Shown piece by piece: positions 38,586 through 49,182 of a stretch of DNA of 64,000 bases. Numbering within the stretch: the first letter of the stretch is position 1; every line of letters begins with the position of its first letter. A program made the position numbers and the translations under genes. The DNA is taken from positions 560,433 to 624,432 of the forward strand of contig NMRA01000158.1 of NCBI GenBank assembly GCA_002633005.1. The letters run 5' to 3'. The notes under the pieces were generated by a model. It searched no databases and was not told the origin of the DNA. It saw only the letters and a program-made list of their open reading frames with translations. The stretch comes from Phoronis australis. Taxonomy: Eukaryota; Animalia; Phoronida.

Positions 38586-38750
38586 CAGTAGAAATCACAT
38601 AAGTCGGACATACCTATGTCATATTTTTGCTTAAATAGGACTAAGTTCTACTTTACTGTTGTTCTAATTCATTTACTTGGCCTTTTGCATATATCATACT
38701 CGGATAAAATCTCTTACTCCGGTTGGATCTGACTTATGTGAGTTTAACTA
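38586..38750. mobile_element. TA-flanked Tc1/mariner-type MITE
   Basis: CAGTAGAAATCACATAAGTCGGA ... TCTGACTTATGTGAGTTTAACTA. Confidence 0.65.
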
Positions 38751-39112
38751 TATAGTAGCTTAATATCAATATAACTGTCAGCCATGTGTTAGGGACTTTC
38801 CGTCAAACAAGACAGAATTATTTAAATGTTTCTCCATTCCAACGCTTGGTTCTCCAAAGTTGACCAGAACTGTGCAGCAAAAGATAATGAAGGATGAGAA
38901 AGCCCGCCTCGTTTGACCGAATACCGGTAGTCCTGCAGCACACGAGTCAGCTAAGTTAATTTATGTGCTCAGTGAATAGAGCTGATGGTGTGAAACTTCT
39001 AACGAAAGTCTTCCAGAACGCAATAAAGCCAAAGCTATACACGACAGTCTCTGACAGATGACATTTAGATTAATGACAAGTTGATGGTCGATTACAAAAA
39101 GTCTATCCGTTG

Positions 39113-42100
39113 CTATTTCTTCTTCTGCTTCCTTTGACTTTCTTTCTCTTTTCTTTGTTGTTTGGCCTTTTTCTTTTCTTCACGAGCTTTTTCCTTGCTG
39201 CGAAGATTAGCGTATAATTTATAACCAAAAAATCCTGAAAAAAAAACGAAGTACAGTACTTGAATATGCCGCAGATTCACAAGCCTGAGTCAACGTGCAT
39301 TACTCATGATCTGACAAAACCAGCACTAGCAGTATATTTGGAAATTATGATTTGGTGGTCCCTCACTTAAGCAAACCAAACAGTCACTCAACTATGCCTG
39401 TTATTCAGTGGATGAAACTGGCTACGAAAATCAGGAACCGTGCATTAAAAGGTCGTTCTTGCCAAATGCTATGTTTGCAGATTCTGAGAACCACGCGATG
39501 GTGCTTGAAAAGCGATATTTCTAGAATAATCCACTCCCATACTGGTACACAGAACAACAAATACAGCACAGTATAGATATTGGGGGTGCGTTCATTTAAA
39601 TAGTAAGACAACACTAGCATGTATTATCTTAGTAATATCTGGTCAGAGTTATCTCCACATAGTTACCGCATGCAGGTATTTTCCGATGGAAAACCGTTGC
39701 ATAATCTTGAATAATGCAGGCAGTCAAAAGCATTGCCAGATGATCAGTCATGTAAGTAAGACTATTAATTTGTTATCATAAACAATTGTTTTTCAAACCC
39801 ACATTAAATTTCAGTTCTCTTTACTACAAGAACAGTTATTTGGCAGTTTCTGGTGAGCTGTCACGTGGTCAAGTCCATGTTGCCACCAGGTGACTGGGGG
39901 TAGATTTTTTATAAATATTGCATTTTGATCACCTGACCTGTGCAGAGAACTTCAACTGGTTATTTTAACTGAATAACACACGTTACAAAGTGACCATCTG
40001 GTTTCCAAATTTAGCATCAAACTAATCAAACCGTCTTTACTGCCAATCAGTCAAGCACAAGGAATCACACATCAAGTGATTCAATTCGACAACGCCAACT
40101 GATAACAATGGCCAGTGGCAATACCTTGAATCACAGGTCCCCAAGATGTACCATGATTTCTGATAATGCTCCCATTACCAGAAAGCAGACATGAGCGCTT
40201 TTTTGGAAACAAGAACTGACTTGTGATGAAAATGCATAATACTGCAAATCTAGTGTGTTGAGGGGCCCTGAGAGTATCACCGTAAGATGTTACGTTATAT
40301 GGGTATTTAAGGATCTGGTGGGAATTTTGAGCACTACCTTGTCATTGTGTGTCGTGGTCACCTTTTGGTGTTATGCATTAAAGGGATCATATTTACTTTA
40401 CTAATTCAACAGTTCACCTAGTAAAATCATGGGCTTGACTTTTCTCCTTTACTTGTATTCAATTTGATAGGTAAACTGACGAGACAAAATGAAAATACTA
40501 TGTAATTACTGGCAAAGAGCACTTGAATAAAAATGTATATCACTGCCTTTACACTTTGTGGTTCTTGAAAGGGCTGTTTTGTGCATGAGCTGTCCAGTTT
40601 AGGTTGACAAGTGACACTTAAGTATCAAATTACACTGCACTGGTATTTCTCGCCCGTGTCCAGTGTTTCTGTGTTTCTCAGTTACCGGACCCCTGGCATG
40701 AGAGTCGAGCGTTCAAACCATTCGGCCAAGAGTCAATTGCCTACTAACAAGTGATTTGGAGAGACTTTAACATCACGGCCAGACAAGATGTCACCACTCC
40801 TCTCGGAACATAAGTCAGGAGCCATGTAGCATGCAGCCGAGGAGTGGCAACTCCTAGACTAGATAGTGCCTTCGTCTCGACTGGCCCAAGTAGAGATGGT
40901 GATACTCCTATGCGAATTATGCCTCACGCTGATTAAAACATCTAAGTCACATTGCCTTAAGTTCATTTAGTGCATAGAGGGACACCTTTGGAGGCCATTG
41001 ATGTCTTTAATCCCTTTCAACTTGAACAAATACTCCCCTGATCAAACTTTTTTAAAGCAATCCTTTGTTCAGTTGCTCCTAGCGCGCGCAGTGTAAAAAT
41101 AGGAGCACGCGCAACGTAAAAATGACCAGTTACCAATTTGAGCAATTGAACAAAGGACTGCTCGAAAAAAAGTTTGATTATGAGTATTTGTTTGAGTTGG
41201 AAGGAATTGAAGACATCAATGGTTTCCTAAGGTGTCCCTCTTAATGTGGAAAAGGTACTTTTAGCAATGTGACTTTGATGTTTTAATCAACGCACGTCAT
41301 AATTTGCCAACATTTCCAGTGTATGAAGTGCCTATATCAGCATCACCATCTCCACTTAGGCCAGGCTAGGCAGTGGCATTATCTACTCATAGATAAGACA
41401 TGACTTATTGTCAAGACTGTGTACTGGCTAACTCTAGCGTAACTTGCAGAAAATTTTGTAGCGTACAAGATGGATATTACAAATATATGTGCCTAGAATG
41501 TGTCACCACCTAGCCTCCATCAGGCTGCGTATAAACAGGACAGCAGAATCATGTTTCTGAGAGTGCCATTCCTGAAAAGCGACAATTCTTTTTGGTAAGC
41601 AAAAGCAATTTGAAAGTTTAAAAAATTGTTGTTTACAAAAAAGCACCCAGGAGGATTTATCAGAAATCACCAGAAATATTTTTAGGCACTGGTTGCCTAA
41701 TACCAGTGCCAGTGGATCTTATTTAGGGAACCAGTTTCTATTCAGTGATTGCAATCACTGAGTAACGGGCATGTTATTTAGAGGATGAAACTGGTTCTCT
41801 AAATCAGGGACCGCTGTATCCAACTAGTGCCGTTCTTTACATAAGGGTCCATTGATAACCGACCAGTGTCCTATATTTTTTTGAAAATTAAAATGTAGAT
41901 CATATGACAATGTATACATATTATTACCAATAACAAAGGACAGAGCCATAGGGATTGATTTTTAAGAAATATCTCGAGCATCCGAGCCCGGCTTGAATTG
42001 AAATTGATTCTCAAACCCGTACGACAGTCTATGCAGTATGCTTAAACTGACACGGCATACTCAACAACAAGAATCACACACCCATCAAACCAAGAACTAT

Positions 42101-42169
42101 AATTGCAGGTATAATAAAAATCGAGTTGTCGATTCCTTCCTTTAACGGACCATCTCCAATCTCAACCAT
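39113..42169 (-). CDS. Small integral membrane protein, 69 aa, 2 exons (42169-42082 and 39234-39113)
   Basis: MVEIGDGPLKEGIDNSIFIIPAIIVLGLMG/FFGYKLYANLRSKEKAREEKKKAKQQRKEKESQRKQKKK*. Phase-1 intron with GTGTGT donor and T-rich CAG acceptor; the hydrophobic helix is continuous across the splice and followed by a basic tail. Confidence 0.85.
40560..40732 (-). mobile_element. Degenerate tRNA-derived SINE-like fragment
   Basis: Minus strand begins CTCTTGGCCGAATGGTTTGAACGCTCGACTCTCATGCCAGGGGTCC (A-box and tRNA-like arm); no intact B-box. Confidence 0.4.
40859..41387. mobile_element. Fold-back (palindromic) MITE; related single arms at about 13950-14245 and 43415-43710
   Basis: 40859-41080 is the imperfect reverse complement of 41140-41387 (e.g. 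GAGGGACACCTTTGGA / TCCTAAGGTGTCCCTC). Confidence 0.78.
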
Positions 42170-44276
42170 AGTTCAATTTGGCAAAATCTGCCACGAACTC
42201 GAATGCAGTCCAACACAGCAGACAAACCGGAAAAAAGATGGAGAACGTGGGGATCGAACGTGGCATAGTAAATAAAGCAAATATTTTACATCAGATTACT
42301 AACTCTAATGTCACACCTATTTTAGCACAAACGCATTCGAGTGATATTTTGGTCACTGTTTGGTTATTTTCTTTTTTTCTTTTTGAGGCTCTTTTGTCGA
42401 AATAATTTTCATGGTACGCCGCGCCACCTGTAGGTAATGTTTGGTATTTGCCAACAGCTTGCACTCCTCAACTCTACATCTGCTTGCTGTCGTGGTAAGC
42501 CACACTCGATACCTGTGTTAGAAAGTAAGTATGTAAGTTCTGTCTCAAATTCTTTCGATCATTGTGAAGCACATGTCACTGCAGTTGTCTATTTTTCTCT
42601 CCGAAATTGGAAGTCTTGTGAGCTTTATTGTGAATGTCGATCCGACGGTCGTGTTCATATCGTAATCAGACGTAATCTGACTTCAGTCTTCACTCTTCAG
42701 TTGAAGTCTCGGATTTAGCAAGTTGGCCTTGCCAGCCCTTGCCTTGGGACAGACCCCTACGCCATGTTTGGACAAGCCCAAGGGCCCATCGTCTGCAAGT
42801 ATGCCTGCCAACTAACTATACACTCTGTCTCGGTGTCGTCTAGGTTAACTCCGATACATTTTACTAGTTCCGAGCAATTTTGCAGAGAACATTCAAAGAA
42901 CTTTGAATGGATAAGTATAAACTTACTGTCTATTCAACTTGTGCTATTCTTGGTTTATCCTTGGAACAATTTTGAAAGTGGTAGAGCTGAAGATGGATAT
43001 CTCAAGAAATTTGGTAGAGTTTCTGCCTAGGTGAACCATGAAGTTTAATTTTTAATCAAATCAGAAATCTTTTGTTTTCAATTTCATAGTTATTGAGAGC
43101 ATTCTGCATGTTCTTTTTAAGTGTAACAATTTAAAACTTAGCACCAAAAGTTTTGAATAAAAATGCAATTAGCTAGATCTAAAAATCGGATGCATTCTAA
43201 AAATCTCAAATAAATGACATCAATTTGCATTCCGTTGCATTCAACGTCATAGTGTACCGGCCGATTTGTTTTAGTACAGTACAGACTCGTTTTGACTTCA
43301 CCAACACTCAGAAGGCACAATTTAGACCCCAAGTTGGCTCAAAGTGCACAGTCCCATGAAAACGTAAAAGATGAATCTAAAATCTTTTTCCACATTGAAA
43401 ACATCCAAATGAACTGTCGACAGTACCACCATCTCAACTGGCCCAGCAGAGACAGTGGTCATCCCATATGGCCGTCCTAAGTGGGAAGCTTTTTGGCAAT
43501 TTATGCCTCGATCGCACTGATTAAACCATCAAAGTCATGTTGCTATAAGTACCTTTTGCACATGATAGAGGAATAACTTAGGAGGCTGTTGATGTCTTTA
43601 ATTCTTAAAGCTTGAACAATTTATACTTCCGCAATCCACCATTTTTCGAACAGTCCTTCGTTCATTTACCCAAATTAGCAACTGGTCATTTTTACACAGC
43701 TCACGCCAGGGGCATGAGGTCAACCTTTTAACCAGGCCGAAGGTCAGAGCTGGTGCTGTCATTAGTTAACGAGTAATTTATTTCCTCATTATTTTCGATT
43801 ACTATGTACATGACGGAAAATGTCAACGAATTTCAGTTACTTTATGTGGTAAGCATATTTATGTGGTTGCGTGGTAAGTTATGGGCTTATCCTTCCACTT
43901 GATACTCTATTTCCATCAACCTTACATGATTTGCATGGCATTAATTCCACTTCCACGTGTGAGGTTTATCGGGCATGCGTGAGGTTTATCCGGCATGCGA
44001 CTAATGCCTGAGGGTGCAGGGTTAATTGTGTTGTCCCACAATTCTGTCTTCAGGGTCACTTGTTGGAGGGTGTTAACAATCAGTGATAATTTCACCCTAA
44101 TAAATCTGATCGTGTTGTGGTGTCTTGAGAGGCTAATGAGGAACACACAAATGCAAAGTTGGGCAGTCTTATCATGGTACAATTTCCTTATTGTTTCTAG
44201 ATTATCCAGAAGACCTACGTGTTAACTATGGTTTCATTTGTGATGTATGTTTGCTTTGTAACCAACAAAGTATATA

Positions 44277-45966
44277 CCGTAAACGTTCGGGTTAACGCCC
44301 ATGCTCAGTTAACCGCCCACCCCCTACTTTAGGTGGATTTTCGATTTAACCGCCCACTGCTCGGTTAAGCGCCCCCCTGCAATTTTTGAAGATTTCCAGT
44401 TAAGCGCCCACCTCTCGGTTAAGCGCCCATCCCCGACTTTTAAAGAATGAAGATTTAGCGCCCAGTGCTAAGGAAACGCGCGATTCCCCGACTTTTAGAA
44501 AAAGATCGATGATCACAATGAGCGCAACGACGCCGGGCCTCCGAGACGGTGGTTTAGCAATGTGAATTGCAATTATACAAGTAACGAGTTATTGTCTTGG
44601 GTCATGGACTCACTTCAAAATATAATACTTGAACGTTTTTGTCACTTTATTTTCTTCCCATGTTTGCAAAGTTTAAGAACGCCGCCGGCGTCAAAACCTC
44701 CGCTTTCAGCGACTTTGTCTGCCGCGCTGAGTTTTCGTCTGCAGTGCACTTGATAAAACATATATTCGAAAAAATCAGGCCAGAGAAATGAGACAATGGT
44801 TAAAAGTATATAGTCATGCCCGTTTCTGTTACTTAGGACTGTCGCTATTCTCTTTTGATGTGTGACTTTGTAGTGGTGCACGCGCGCAAGTTCCCACACT
44901 TTGGAGTGCATGTTACCTTGACACCAACATGTGATTGACAGGTGACTCGCACGTAGGCCCTACGCGCGTGCTGAATCCCGCCGCTATCTTTGGCCATAAA
45001 AAACGAGATGCATATTGAAAGAGGCCGTTATATTACTTGACGGCATTTCCAAGTCACGATTGTCAGCCGACTGAGACATTGCGCGCTAACAACGGGACCG
45101 AACAGTGCCGCAGTGCGATATTGCAAGTGATATAAATAGGATAATCTGGACATCTTGCATGAAAAATAAATGTTTTTCCACCACGAAGTTTGGTAAGGTG
45201 ATCGTTTATGAATTGAAACATCGCTGTTTTGTAGCGTTTTATCACATATTTATGCCGTAGCTCGAAATTTTATTCTTGATTGACGAGTGGCACACGGCCG
45301 CTTAACCCCGATTCTTGTCTTGGGCCTACTTCTTTGCCGAGCATGTTTGGCGCAACGGCAAGTGAGCAATGCCGGCAGTCGAGATAAAACAGCAAGCCAC
45401 AGAACCATACGCTGCAAATGTCATTGAGTCACGGAGTGTTGACTATAAATATCCCAAACACAAAAAACATCTGAATTAAGGTTTTCAAACTTTTATTACA
45501 ACCAATTTTAAAACTGCTCTCTGACTATGAACTTGGCAGCTAGTACGAAACTGTAACCATAAATCTTATGTCTGCAGTGACCTCTGCAACACGTGAAGCT
45601 TGCACGCGCGCACTTTAGCAATCCAAGTAGAGGCTGCGTGGTCACTGGTCATCTGCGCTCTACACTACAGGGCTAAATAACAAGACCGCAGGACGGCACG
45701 GGGCTATTACTCAGCAATTCTGTAAATTTAATAGTGAATAATCAATCTGAGGGCATGATAACCTTTGTTAGGATCATCTGCTGTTACGACATTTTTCCCG
45801 TCATGTGGCGCTTGCCTGTCGTAATAAGCGCCCATGTTCGGTTAACCGCCCACCCTGGATTTTTTGAAGTTTCACGTTTAAGCGCCCATGTCTGGTTAAC
45901 CGCCCACCCCCGATTTTTTGGGTTTGCCAATTTAACCGCCCAGGGCATTAACCCGAACGTTTACGG
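44277..45966 (+). mobile_element. Tc1/mariner(pogo)-type non-autonomous element, copy B, complete
   Basis: TIR CCGTAAACGTTCGGGTTAA, TA TSD, ends homologous to 3350-4588. Confidence 0.9.
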
Positions 45967-47588
45967 TATGTAATTATACTTACAGTGCCATAGTCAGCCG
46001 AATCAGTTCAATCGCCTTTACTAATTTCACATGTATGCCTACTTGACCAGTGTTGCTAGCGTAGCAAGAGGATACACTATGAGAAAGTAACATGCAAACA
46101 TGCCGAAACTTAATTCTAATCGTCAACTAAGCCAGTGTAATAGTTCAGACAGTTCTGAGCTACGGGCGAAATTGAATAGTTTTGAATGTCTTGCAAATGA
46201 GTTGCCATACAGTGACAGGATGTGGTAGCAAGTCCAGAGAGCAGTGATTACTGGATCACAAGTTAAATTTAAATTGGTATCTGACCACGACTTTTTTACG
46301 GATGTGACTGCCACTGTGCTTCCTAGTGACAATTTTAGTTCTTTCAATTTTTCACGAAGTTTGGAGAATAGGTTTCTGTTATGGAGATGACGGCGTCTTT
46401 CCATTTTGACATGGATATGACGCCACTTAGCAGCCATTTTTTTATTTTCAAGTCTAGCTTTATTTCCTTCGTTTGTCTCTGCATCTGCCAAACTGCTCAG
46501 AGTATCATCATGATATTGGGAAGTTGTGTTCACACCGACAAGAGCATTACTGATGTTGATTTTCAGATTGTTCCAATACTGTGGTGCCTCCTAGTGGTAT
46601 GTTTTGTATCTGTCACTATTAATATAGATCTCCCAAGCCTGGTACAAGATCTTTGCGAAATTGGCAAGTGAATTCCATTGATTTTACAGCGGATAGACAG
46701 TTACAATTTCCACTTTGTCTTTTCAGGAAATGCGGCAGATAGTTTTCTAATTGTGGGGCCAATGTCGCCTTCCTATTTTCAGACAAGTTGACATATTTTG
46801 AGCCAAACCGTATGTGGTGCAGTCGTGGGCTTTTGTTATATTTATGTACCCTTAAAACGAATGCTTGTACTTTAGAACCTACTTTGCATGTGTTCAGGAG
46901 CTGGAGCACTGTTTTGTCATGATCCTGATTAACTGTCTTATTGTTTTAACGTGAGTTTGTTGATGTGGTTAAATTCAACTTGGTCTTAAATATACCATTT
47001 TATTTCGGTTTAATCTTATCTTTGCATCACATTGCTAAAAACATTCTTGCTCTTGGAAGATTGCCTATTTCCTGCTGGTCTATTGTTTAGTTTTCACATT
47101 GCTAAGTAATTTTTGCATGGATTCTGGGTCATTCCTAGGACCAGTATGAAATTACTGCCGGATTATTCTCATCACACATCACAGAATTGGGGGGAAATGC
47201 TCACTCAGGGTTCACTGAATCCATTTTTAAGCTGACTGTGGTTAATATAGCATTTTATGACCAGAAGCAACTCTTCCTCATTGGAAAGTAATTCCCATAG
47301 ATATAGAGACAGCTTGCATGGCTATCACGTCACTTAGTATGCGTGTAGTAGGGCAGCTATTTTGTTGTGTGGAACTGAGTGTTATGGACCGTGCGAGTCT
47401 GTGGGCTAAAAAGCTGAAGATTATCTTGGAAACGTTGGTTCGATTATTTTTGTATTTTTTCCAGTCCTCACTTAAAGTATCCTGCTAAAAATGCTCAGTT
47501 TATTTTTATTATAATTTTTCCTTTTTATCAGTATTTTGGATTTAACATACCAAAGTTCCTTTTCCGCCTATGACCATGCAGGTTTGTT

Positions 47589-47661
47589 TCTCTCCCTCCC
47601 TCCCTCCCTCCCTCCCCTTTCGCTCCCTCCCTGCCACCCTCCCTCCATCCCATCCTCTCTC
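47589..47661. repeat. (CCCT)n polypyrimidine microsatellite
   Basis: Seen directly. Confidence 0.85.
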
Positions 47662-47929
47662 TGTGTCTACTATTAGTTCCAGAATGACTATCACCCATGC
47701 TGGCTTCACTGGCTCACATTGAAATTCAGCTTTGATTAGAAGCAGTAAATATTTTCCAGTTTGGACAGTCTCTAAAATGTGGACTCTGAAATTCAAGCCA
47801 AAAATTAATTTTCTTGCTTCTGAAGTTTGCGACGTTGGTCATTTTGGCATTCATTGTATTTCTAAAATATTGGATGCTACATTTTGTATCACTAACGTCT
47901 ATCATAAAATTGTCGAAAGTGGCTCAATC

Positions 47930-48440
47930 TCGTATGTAGGGCCCTTGAAAAATGGCCAACGTCATATTAGAAATGACTGATCAGATTCATATGAAACTGT
48001 CAAATACGCATGCTTTATGTGTTGTTAGGAATTGTTTTTGAAATTTACCGTTTTTGCAGGAGGGGCTATCGAAAATAGGACTAAATATAGTTTTCGTGAA
48101 AATCCCAAAAAGAGCAATGAAAACGAAATGATAATTTTGGGAAAATCCTAAAATAGTTAGCATTTTTGAGATTTTATCTTGAGCATAAATATCAAATGAA
48201 ATTTGGTCATGTCATTGACACCGTTGTTTTCCTATAGACTGATTCACCTTTCTTTTTTGCTAGTTTTTTTAAATGACACGGTCACGTGGCCCAATTAATA
48301 GCACAATGACGTGAAGACAAAAATCAAATGTTACAGCCTTTTTACTTTCAGAAAATATATACTTTTACCAAGTTAAAATTTATATTTTTGTAGATATAAG
48401 TTTGACTAAATACACTGACAAGTCGACAAGGTCCTACCTT
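47930..48440 (+). repeat. Dispersed repeat, same family as 19630-20090
   Basis: Same shared blocks in the same order. Confidence 0.6.
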
Positions 48441-48625
48441 CAAAACCCAAGGTTGTTTGTGCTTACCAAAAGGCTCACAAAAGCTCATAAATCTGACATT
48501 ATCGATGTGATACCCACCTGGTCATGGTTTCTTTGATCTGGAAGAACTTTTGTAATTATTGTGTAATTCTCTTGTAGGGAATGGCCATTTTGCAAGCATC
48601 TATTTAGGTGTGATAGCAAAGAAGC

Positions 48626-49182
48626 ATGGTCATCACTAGACAACACCAGCTGATTGTGGCTGTGGGCAGCTTGCTGGTGTTCATTTTGTATTGGTACTCT
48701 GGTTACATTCTATGGTATACACGGCGGAATGGATCAGGCAATGACTCAAAGGTCCCTTTTGATGAAGAAAATCCTTATGTGTTCCAGTCCCGTAAGATTG
48801 CTAAGGAAAAACTCCAGAATATTCCCAGTGAATGGATTGATGCTAAAAAGTGCCCAGCATGTTATGGCATGAGCCTGTGTGATGAGATATCCAGGGAGAA
48901 TATCAAGATTGATATTCCTAGCAAACACACAAACCTGTCTCAAAGAGGAATTTATTTTGGGATGTGGGCGGACTTCCCTGTGGTTATAAAAAGACTTGTT
49001 AAAAATGAGACAGAGTTCAACATGTTCGACAAGTTTATTTGCACCAGTGCAAAACTTGATTTAAGGTGTGATGTGTCAAAGGCCATCCTTCACACTCCAA
49101 TGGTTAAAGAAAAGAAAATCTCATCCTCCTTTGCTAAAGAGGCCTTTGTTGCTATACATACTGATCACCAAAGGATCTTCAG
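48626..49182 (+). CDS. DIPK2A: DIPK2-like coding exon 1 (acceptor at 48577, so an upstream non-coding exon is implied)
   Basis: 186-aa ORF with signal anchor and KCPACYG motif; donor GTGAGT, phase 2. Confidence 0.9.

Noticed and set aside
40690-40732. tRNA gene
   Set aside because: A-box only; no T-arm/B-box or acceptor stem, better explained as a SINE relic
46123-46909. Overlapping ORFs of 96-136 aa
   Set aside because: Partly HINE fragment, no domain signature, no supported splice partners
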